DNA from: an uncultured Candidatus Binatia bacterium
GTDB lineage: Bacteria > Desulfobacterota > Binatia > Bin18
Direction of reading: 5' to 3'
Assembly: GCA_965200965.1 (NCBI GenBank)
Contig: OZ241744.1
Span: 1,696,001-1,760,000 of the forward strand
Length of the DNA stretch: 64,000 bases
The notes beneath the pieces are model-generated. The model saw only the letters and a list, made by a program, of their open reading frames with translations. It searched no databases and was not told the DNA's origin. The position numbers and the translations under genes were made by a program. Below, one piece after another: positions 51,077 through 58,392 of this stretch; the stretch's first letter is position 1; every line of letters starts with the position of its first letter.

Positions 51077-52534
51077 CTACTCCACTTTAAACTTCTGATT
51101 TCCCTGTTGCGCCTTCAATGCCTCATACTTGGCAAAATCCAGAGAGGCTTCTCTGTCGTAAAAGGCTATCTTATTGGCCCATCCCCGATTGTGGTACGCC
51201 GCAGCAAAGTCAGGCTTTAGCGAAATGGCGCGGTCGTAGTCCGCAAGCGCCGCTTCGAGTTGCCCAAGATTTCTCTTGACATTGCCCCTACCGGAGTACG
51301 CTTCGGCGTAATTAGGGTCTAACCTGATAGCCTCCTCGTAGTCCGCAAGGGCTTCTGCGTTGCGTCCGAGTTCCTTCTTGACGTTGCCCCGGTTGTTATA
51401 CGCCGCAGCGTAACCGGGATTTAACCTAATAGCCTCATCGTAGTCCGCCAAGGCGGATTCATACTCCTTAAGTGCGAACCTGACAGCACCCCGGCTGTTG
51501 TACGCATCATAGTAATCAGGTTTTAGTTCAATAGCCTTATTGTAGTCCGCCAAGGCGGAGGCGTAATCCTTCTCGCTAAAGAACTTAATAACACCACGGT
51601 TGTAGTACGCTACGGCGTAATTAGGGTCTACCCTAATAGCCTCCTCGTAATCCGCAAGGGCTTCTGAGTACTCCTCCAAGAAGATTCTAAAATCGCCTCT
51701 CTGACAATAATTGTCACTTTGCACATTCTCCCGCATTGGTTCTCGACGCTTCTCCTTTCTGATTTCCGCGGTGTAGTAATGCGCTGCGAGTTCAGCGTTG
51801 TAGTCGGATTCGGCTGTGTTTCTCTCAAGAAAACCCGCCGAGTCGGGAAACAGCGTTTTCTCCGAAATGCCCACCCTGTCCAACTCTTGCAAGATCGTTT
51901 TCTGGTGCTCTCTGGAGACGATGATCTCCCGCTCGATCATACTTTCTTCTATTTCGGGTGCTCCAAACAGGAAGACGGACTGCTGTACCGTGAGGCGTTG
52001 GCTATCCAGGACAGGATTGCCGACAGCGGGCCGCCACATATGCCATTGATCATCTCGCTCAAAGAATTCCTTGAGTTCCTGCTTCAAGTCTTCTTGGGTG
52101 GTGACTTCTTGAATCGTGCCAGGCTGCTGGACGTTGACCACAAAGACCTTACCGTCTGTTTCCCCATCAGTTTTGCAGGCAAACCAGAGGGCAACCAGAG
52201 GATTGTAGGTAAAGTCTATCAGCCCGGTCGCTACCCCGTTGTGTTGGAGGTGGGCCATGCACTCCAGAGGCGTCAGATTGCTGTAGGCGTTGGGGTAGCG
52301 GAGATTCACTTCGTAAATAATCTGGTGGATGTAGCCTCTGAACAGGGCAAACACTAACCCAGGATGTTTCAACGGGCGCTTTCGCAGGCGGCGCAGGGCG
52401 CTGCTCTGCACCTTCCAGCTTTCATCCTTTTGGCCGCGGTAAATGTAGCGGCGCTCTTCGCCAGAGGCGGCAAGCTTGTCTATGACTGCGATGTAATCCG
52501 CCAAGCTGGTTATGGATTTTTGATCGTCGCTCAT
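51077..52534 (-). CDS. FRG-domain protein with C-terminal TPR repeats (copy 1, fused)
   Basis: YRGQ, LQHNGVATGLIDFTYNPLVALWFAC, RL..QQSVF; about 5-6 TPRs of the AYYNRG...ALADY..AI...P type. Confidence 0.9.
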   Translation of the reverse strand: MSDDQKSITSLADYIAVIDKLAASGEERRYIYRGQKDESWKVQSSALRRLRKRPLKHPGLVFALFRGYIHQIIYEVNLRYPNAYSNLTPLECMAHLQHNGVATGLIDFTYNPLVALWFACKTDGETDGKVFVVNVQQPGTIQEVTTQEDLKQELKEFFERDDQWHMWRPAVGNPVLDSQRLTVQQSVFLFGAPEIEESMIEREIIVSREHQKTILQELDRVGISEKTLFPDSAGFLERNTAESDYNAELAAHYYTAEIRKEKRREPMRENVQSDNYCQRGDFRIFLEEYSEALADYEEAIRVDPNYAVAYYNRGVIKFFSEKDYASALADYNKAIELKPDYYDAYNSRGAVRFALKEYESALADYDEAIRLNPGYAAAYNNRGNVKKELGRNAEALADYEEAIRLDPNYAEAYSGRGNVKRNLGQLEAALADYDRAISLKPDFAAAYHNRGWANKIAFYDREASLDFAKYEALKAQQGNQKFKVE

Positions 52535-52578
52535 ACGCTTCCCTCCACCGCCCTGATTTGCCCCTCGGTCAGCCCGCA
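52531..52578 (-). pseudogene. Relic of the 3' end of a type IIG methylase gene
   Basis: Translates CGLTEGQIRAVEGSV*, versus YGLTEEEVRAVEGSRA* in the gene at 54756; its TGA overlaps the FRG ATG. Confidence 0.75.
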
Positions 52579-52640
52579 GGGCGGGTTAGCCGGCGGGCGT
52601 AACCCGCCATGTCGGATTACGCTTCGCTAAGCCGACCTAC
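52576..52640. repeat. Inverted REP doublet (REPIN-like)
   Basis: GCAGGGCGGGTTAGC..GCGTAACCCGCC-AT-GTCGGATTACGCTTCGCTAAGCCGACCTAC; near-identical to 54695-54759. Confidence 0.88.
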
Positions 52641-53836
52641 GCGCTTTCCAATTCATTGATTTTTGCTTCTGCATCCCGCACGAATTCATTCTTCCCCTGC
52701 TGTTGCGCCAATGTCAGCGCGTGTTTAAAATCCGTCAAGGCGTCCGCAGTGCGCCCGAGTGCCTGCTTGGCCTCGCCCCGGTTGCTGTATGCCTCAGCAA
52801 AGTCACGCTCTAGTTTGATGGCTCGATCATAGTCCACCAAGGCGGAGGCGTACTCCTTAAGCTCTACCTTGGCATTGCCCCGGTTGTAGTACATCTCAGC
52901 CAAATCAGGCTTTAGCTCGATGGCGCGGTCATGGTCCGCAAGTGCCGCTTCGGATTGCCCAAGCTTTGCCTTGACATTGCCCCGGTTGCCGTACGCCTCA
53001 GCATAATCAGGCTTTAGCTCGATGGCGCGGTCATAGTCCGCAACGGCCTCCGCATCGCGCCCGAGTGCCTGCTTGGTGTTGCCCCGGTTGCTGTACGCCT
53101 CAACAAAGCCAGACTTTAGCTCAATGGCGCGGTCATAGTCCGCCAAGGCTTCCGCGTTGCGCCCGAGTGCCTGCTTGGCAGTACCCCGGTTGTAGTACGC
53201 CTCAACAAAGTCAGGCTTTAGCTCAATGGCGCGATCATAGTCCGCAAGCGCCGCTTCAGGTTGCCCAAGCTCTGCCTTGGCGTTGCCCCGGTTGCTGTAC
53301 GCCTCAGCGTCATTAGGCTTTAGGGCGATAGCGCGGTCATAGTCGACAAGCGCCGCTTCATACTCCTTAAGATCGAAATTGGCGACGCCCCGGTTGCTGT
53401 ACGCCTCAGCAAAGCCAGGCTTGAGCTCAATGGCACGGTCATAGTCCGCCAAGGCGGAGGCGTACTCCTTAAGCTTTACCTTGGCATTGCCCCGGTTGTT
53501 GTACGCATTAGCATAATCAGGCTTGAGCTCAATGGCGCGGTCATAGTCCGCCAAGGCGGAGGCGTACTCCTTAAGCGCTGCCTTGGCATTGCCCCGGTTG
53601 TTGTACACCTCAGCGTCATCAGGCTTTAGCTCGATAGCGCGGTCATAGTCCGCAAGCGCCGCTTCATACTCCTTAAGATCGGAATTGGCGACGCCCCGGT
53701 TGCTGTACGCATCAGCAAAGTCAGGCTCTAGCCTGATAGCCTCACCGTAGTCAGCAATGGCTTTCTCGTATTTGCCCAGCGCGACTCTGAAATTGCCTCT
53801 TTGAAAATAATTGTCGCTTAGCGCTTTCTTATTCAT
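52637..53836 (-). CDS. TPR protein (about 11 repeats), C-terminal half of FRG-TPR copy 2
   Basis: 102-bp repeats encoding AY.NRG.AK..L...E.ALADYDRAIELKP; ATG at 53836 with GGAGG upstream, overlapping the FRG stop. Confidence 0.85.
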   Translation of the reverse strand: MNKKALSDNYFQRGNFRVALGKYEKAIADYGEAIRLEPDFADAYSNRGVANSDLKEYEAALADYDRAIELKPDDAEVYNNRGNAKAALKEYASALADYDRAIELKPDYANAYNNRGNAKVKLKEYASALADYDRAIELKPGFAEAYSNRGVANFDLKEYEAALVDYDRAIALKPNDAEAYSNRGNAKAELGQPEAALADYDRAIELKPDFVEAYYNRGTAKQALGRNAEALADYDRAIELKSGFVEAYSNRGNTKQALGRDAEAVADYDRAIELKPDYAEAYGNRGNVKAKLGQSEAALADHDRAIELKPDLAEMYYNRGNAKVELKEYASALVDYDRAIKLERDFAEAYSNRGEAKQALGRTADALTDFKHALTLAQQQGKNEFVRDAEAKINELESA

Positions 53837-54653
53837 TGCCCTGGTCCTCCGCTTTTCTGATCTCCTCGGTGTAGTAATGCTCTGCGAGTTCAGCGTTGTA
53901 GACGGATTCGGCCGTGTTTCTCTCAAGAAAACCCGCCCAGTCGGGAAACAACGTTTTCTCCGAAATGCTCACCCTGTCCAACTCTTGCAAGATCGTTTTC
54001 TTGTGCTCTCTGGAGACGATGATCTCCCGCTCAAGCATACCTTTTTTTATTTCGGGTGCTCCAAACAGGAAGACGGACTGCTGCACCGTGAGGCGTTGGC
54101 TATCCAGGGCAGGATTGCCGATGACAGGTTGCCACAGATGCCATTGTTCATCGATCTCAAAAAACGTCTTGAGTTCCTGCCCCAAAGCTCTTTTGGTCGT
54201 GACTTCTTGAATCGTGTTGGGCTGGACGTTGACCACAAAGACCTTGCCGGCTGTCTCCCCAGCGGTTTCGCAGGCAAACCAGAGGGCAACCAGGGGACTG
54301 TAGGTAAAGTCTATCAGCCCGGTCGCTACCCTGTGGTGTTGGAGATGGGCCATGCACTCCAGGGGCGTCATCGGCTCGCTGTAGGTGTTGGGGTAGCGGA
54401 GTTGTACTTCGTCAATAATCTGGTGGATGTAGCCTCTGAACAGGTATGATATCGTCATCCCTTCATAGTTACGACTATAATCACGGCCGTATCCAGATTG
54501 TTCCAGGCGACGCAGGGCGCTGCTCTTGACCCCCCAGCTTTCATCCTTTTGTCCGCGGTAAATGTAGCGGCGCTCTTCGTCAGAGGCGGGAAGCCCGTTT
54601 ATGACTTCGATGTATTCCGCCAAGCTGGTTATGGATTTTTGATCGTCGCTCAT
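53829..54653 (-). CDS. FRG-domain protein (copy 2, split from its TPR domain)
   Basis: Paralogue of 51077-52534 with the same MSDDQKSITSLA start and FRG motifs. Confidence 0.88.
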   Translation of the reverse strand: MSDDQKSITSLAEYIEVINGLPASDEERRYIYRGQKDESWGVKSSALRRLEQSGYGRDYSRNYEGMTISYLFRGYIHQIIDEVQLRYPNTYSEPMTPLECMAHLQHHRVATGLIDFTYSPLVALWFACETAGETAGKVFVVNVQPNTIQEVTTKRALGQELKTFFEIDEQWHLWQPVIGNPALDSQRLTVQQSVFLFGAPEIKKGMLEREIIVSREHKKTILQELDRVSISEKTLFPDWAGFLERNTAESVYNAELAEHYYTEEIRKAEDQGNE

Positions 54654-54697
54654 CGGCTTCTCTCCATCGTCCTGATTTGCTCCTTGATCAGCCCGTA
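54650..54697 (-). pseudogene. Second relic of a type IIG methylase 3' end
   Basis: Translates YGLIKEQIRTMERSR*; its TGA overlaps the FRG ATG; it begins at the REP terminal CTAC. Confidence 0.7.
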
Positions 54698-54759
54698 GGG
54701 CGGGTTAGCCGTCAGGCGTAACCCGCCATGTCGGATTACGCTTCGCTAATCCGACCTAC
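54695..54759. repeat. Inverted REP doublet (REPIN-like)
   Basis: GTAGGGCGGGTTAGCCGTCAGGCGTAACCCGCC-AT-GTCGGATTACGCTTCGCTAATCCGACCTAC; GTAG ends on both strands. Confidence 0.9.
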
Positions 54760-57700
54760 GCCCGACTGCCCTCCACCGCCCGCACTTCCTCCTCCGTCAA
54801 CCCATACAGCCCATACACCAGCCGGTCAATCTCGGCTTCCTGCTCGGCGGTGTCTGCCGAGGGGTCGGCGGCTTTGGCCTTGAGGATGCGGTCAAGCAGC
54901 CGGATGGACGGGCGCTGCTTGGCGGCTGATATCTCAGGGACGGGCAGGCGCTCTACGGCAAACCTTTTCCATCGAGTGACACCCATTCCAGAAGTCAGGC
55001 CCGTACTTTTCATAAACCACGTCATCAGATTAGAATTGAGGACAGCGCACAGATATTTGATTGCTCGCCCGGACATCATAAATGCGGTATCAGCGCAGAA
55101 CATTTCGCTCGCATCATAAGCGAATCGCCCTTGCTCAGTCAGGTCCATCCAGAACAGCTTTTCTTTGGTAAACTCCTTGTAAGCTCCCGAACTGTAATAA
55201 TCTACTTGCAGTTGCCACCATTGATAAGGCACCTGCCCCGTCTTTGGATTAGCTCCGCCCCGCCGCTTCAAAAGCTGCTTCTTGTGCGGTAACAGATGTT
55301 TTCGCACTGCGGGATATTCATTTTCTGCGATGTTGGAATGGCTGTATATCAGCCACACCCCCGCCCACTCTGCCCGATACCGCCGAATGTCCCGGCCCCG
55401 CAGCACCGGCTTGATGATGTCCGCGGAAGCCGGGTCTTCGTCAATCAACGCCTGCCTGGTGGTGTCGTCTATAATGAAGGCCGTGTTGTAGCCGGTCTTG
55501 ATGCCATAGTTGATCTTCACATCCCAGTCTTTCAGCGGCGTCCCTTTCGCCTCCATCTTATCCATGACGGACCATTCCAGGGCCGACAACGCACCCCACG
55601 GCTTTTCGCCTTGCGGGCGCAACACCCCCCACAGGCTTTCGGCCGGCGGAAAATCCTTGTCGGGCAAGCGGTCCATGTCTACCGCTCTGCCGGCTTCTCC
55701 GCTTTTGCCCTGCCGCGCAATCAGAACGCTGGTATCAACAATAGCGTTTTCAAAAACGTCTTTGCCCATTTCCAGCAGGCGCAGCGGTGTGTGTTGCTCG
55801 GAGAACCAGCGCCGCAGGGGCTTGCCGTATTCGGCCTTCAGCCAACTGTTTGAGGTGATGTAGGACAAGAGGCCGCGTTGCGGTGTCAGCAGTTGGCCGC
55901 CTCTCTCATAGAAAAGCTGATAGATGTCGCCGCTGCGGGCGAAGGTGGCAAAGCCGGCGTCTTTATAGAGTTTGCCCAGCTCGCCGGCGTTCTTCTGTAA
56001 CTGAACATACGGCGGATTGCCGATCACCACATCAAAGCCCTCAGCCACACCGAACATATACTCAGCGTCAAACCAGCCGGCGCGGGCGTTCTGGTCGTAG
56101 GGGTCCCACTGCGCGATCTTGTCGGCGTCATCCGCGGGAAACCCAAGGCTTTCCAATGCCTGCGCCAACGACTTCCGTAACTGCTTGTCTTTTCTCTTGT
56201 ACTCCAGCTTTTTCCGGCGCGTGGTGGCGTGAAAATGCCGCTCGCGGTTGTCCAGTAACTGACGCTCCACCTGCTGCGCTTTTGCGCTCGTCAGCATCCG
56301 CTCGCCCTTGAGACCCAGAAGCGTATCCGCAGCAATAAAGCGCGTTTCCAGGTTGGGCAGCGGCTTGAGGCCGAAATTGTCCGCGGCGGGGTCGGGCTCC
56401 TGCTCAATGGCCAGCGAGATGAAAAAACGCAGCTTGGCGATCTGGCAGGCGACCGGCTGAATGTCTACACCGAAGATGCTGTTCTGAATCAGGTACAGCT
56501 TGCGGCCAAAGTCGGAATCGCGGTAGCGTTCAAAAGTCTGGCTGATCTCGGTCAACTCGGCCTCGCGGTCGCCCTGGTCCCGGGTATCAAAGGCGGCTTG
56601 GGCCCGGTCCCGGGCGATCGCTTTTTGCAGCCCCTCCCAACGGGTGTTGTCAGGGTCAAGCCGGCGCAAGGCCAGGGTAAGCTTGTGCAGCACGCCCATT
56701 GGAAACGCCCCGGAGCCAACCGCGGGGTCCAGCACCTTGAGCCCGGCTATGGCCCGGACAACCGCGTCGGTCTCAGCCGCGTCAAACAACGCGCTGGCGT
56801 CGCTGAAGGCATCGGCATAGTCCAGCAGATAACGAAGGCGTTCCTGCCAGAACACGCGGTCGTTGTCGCTCGGCTGGCAGCGTTCGGCCAGGGCGGCGAC
56901 AAGGGCCTCATCAACCATGTAGTCCACCACCGGCCGCGGGGTGTAGTAAGAGCCGGTCTGCTTGCGGGCCGTGTCGCGGGTTTCGGGGTTGTAGGCGGCC
57001 AGCAGGTTTTCAAACACCTTGCCGAGCAGCTCAGGGTCAAGGGCGACTTCCTGCTCTATGGGCGTGTTCTCCTCAACCGTGAACTTGTAACTGTTGAACA
57101 GCGGAATAAGGCCGTGGTCATCAAAGAACAGCCGGTTGGGGATGGAATAGTCCCGCCGGTGGCGGGGGTTGTCGGTAAAACAGTCAATCCGCCAGCCCTG
57201 CTCCGAGGTGGCTTCTTCGCTGTCGAGGCAGTCAAACAGCCCGCCGTTGATGAACGGCGTCCGGCTGAACAGGGCCAGCAGTGCGTCGGGGTTGCGGAGT
57301 TCGGAGCGGTAGCGGTACAGCGAAAAATTGCGGTGGGTGGTACGCTTCCCGCTGCTGAAGCCGCGCTTGGTCCTCTCGGTGTTCAGGGTGGCGAAAAACA
57401 GGTTCTGGAGCACCGCCCGGTACCAGGAATCGCCGGTGTCCCGGTCGTAGTCGCGGAGCAGGGCCGCGACCTCGCTTTCGTTGAACAGCTCGTCCGCTAC
57501 CAGGCCCTTTTCCTTGATGAACCAGACAAACAACAGCCGGGTAATGAGACGGATGATGTGTTCTTCGGGCGACAGGGTTCTGGCCGGCGAGGTGTCACCA
57601 GATCGTCCTTTGGGAAACCGGGCCTCTGTGACGCCACGGCTGAACCAGTCGAACAACTGCCGGTAGAAGCGGCGGTTCAGTTCCCGCGTGTCCAGGGTGT

Positions 57701-58364
57701 CGAGCCAGGCGTTGAGCAGCCCGTCAAAATTGTGGGGGATATGGTGGCTGGTCATCCAGTCCAGCAGATTCTCCAGCGACAACCCGGCCAGGATGTCGAG
57801 GTGGGCACGGTGCGGGTCGGTGGGGTTGATTTCACGGATCAGCGACACGCGGCCCAGCACATCACGGCTGTGGTCGAGCGTGTTGCGTCGGCGATGGACA
57901 AAGGCCAGGCTGAGCCGGTCGTCAGAGCTGCGGAACAGGACCACCACAGGTGCGGGGAAACGCTTGTTGATCTCGCGGGTGAAAGCGGCGTAGCGGCTCC
58001 GGGGGTAGCTGGCCTGTTTCAAGGCAACGGCAAAGAACAGAAAGCTCTGCTGCCGGCCCTGCTCAAAGGCCGCCAGCCCGGAATCCAGCCGCGGGGGCTG
58101 GCTGGCGGCGATCTCATCGCTTGTCACCTGAAACAGCAGCCGGACCGAGGCGGCGTTCTCACACAAGGCCCGCTCTGAGTCTGTGCCCGGCCGCTCAGCC
58201 GGAAAAGCCCGCAGGAAGTCGTCAACAGCCCCGGTCTGCTCGCTCAGGCGGCGGTCACTGCGGTAGCCGAGGGCGGCCAGCAGCTCGGTGGCCGCGGCGG
58301 CAAAGTCCGGCCCGGCAGCGTTCTTCAAGGCGGTCTGGATGGCGCGGAGGGTGCTCAAGGGCAT
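54756..58364 (-). CDS. Type IIG/Eco57I-like N6-adenine methyltransferase with TaqI-like C-terminal specificity domain
   Basis: PFINGGLF, LGKVFENLL, GSYYTP, LDPAVGSGAF, FGVDI, GFDVVIGNPPY, LRGRDI.RY, IDRLVY.LYGLT. Confidence 0.92.
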   Translation of the reverse strand: MPLSTLRAIQTALKNAAGPDFAAAATELLAALGYRSDRRLSEQTGAVDDFLRAFPAERPGTDSERALCENAASVRLLFQVTSDEIAASQPPRLDSGLAAFEQGRQQSFLFFAVALKQASYPRSRYAAFTREINKRFPAPVVVLFRSSDDRLSLAFVHRRRNTLDHSRDVLGRVSLIREINPTDPHRAHLDILAGLSLENLLDWMTSHHIPHNFDGLLNAWLDTLDTRELNRRFYRQLFDWFSRGVTEARFPKGRSGDTSPARTLSPEEHIIRLITRLLFVWFIKEKGLVADELFNESEVAALLRDYDRDTGDSWYRAVLQNLFFATLNTERTKRGFSSGKRTTHRNFSLYRYRSELRNPDALLALFSRTPFINGGLFDCLDSEEATSEQGWRIDCFTDNPRHRRDYSIPNRLFFDDHGLIPLFNSYKFTVEENTPIEQEVALDPELLGKVFENLLAAYNPETRDTARKQTGSYYTPRPVVDYMVDEALVAALAERCQPSDNDRVFWQERLRYLLDYADAFSDASALFDAAETDAVVRAIAGLKVLDPAVGSGAFPMGVLHKLTLALRRLDPDNTRWEGLQKAIARDRAQAAFDTRDQGDREAELTEISQTFERYRDSDFGRKLYLIQNSIFGVDIQPVACQIAKLRFFISLAIEQEPDPAADNFGLKPLPNLETRFIAADTLLGLKGERMLTSAKAQQVERQLLDNRERHFHATTRRKKLEYKRKDKQLRKSLAQALESLGFPADDADKIAQWDPYDQNARAGWFDAEYMFGVAEGFDVVIGNPPYVQLQKNAGELGKLYKDAGFATFARSGDIYQLFYERGGQLLTPQRGLLSYITSNSWLKAEYGKPLRRWFSEQHTPLRLLEMGKDVFENAIVDTSVLIARQGKSGEAGRAVDMDRLPDKDFPPAESLWGVLRPQGEKPWGALSALEWSVMDKMEAKGTPLKDWDVKINYGIKTGYNTAFIIDDTTRQALIDEDPASADIIKPVLRGRDIRRYRAEWAGVWLIYSHSNIAENEYPAVRKHLLPHKKQLLKRRGGANPKTGQVPYQWWQLQVDYYSSGAYKEFTKEKLFWMDLTEQGRFAYDASEMFCADTAFMMSGRAIKYLCAVLNSNLMTWFMKSTGLTSGMGVTRWKRFAVERLPVPEISAAKQRPSIRLLDRILKAKAADPSADTAEQEAEIDRLVYGLYGLTEEEVRAVEGSRA

Positions 58365-58392
58365 GGAGTTCCTGTCCTGCGTGCGGGCCAAG

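Noticed and set aside
52576-54759. Intergenic palindromes read as integron attC sites
   Set aside because: They lack RYYYAAC...GTTRRRY ends, carry GTAG/CTAC termini typical of REPs, and no integron integrase is present in the window.
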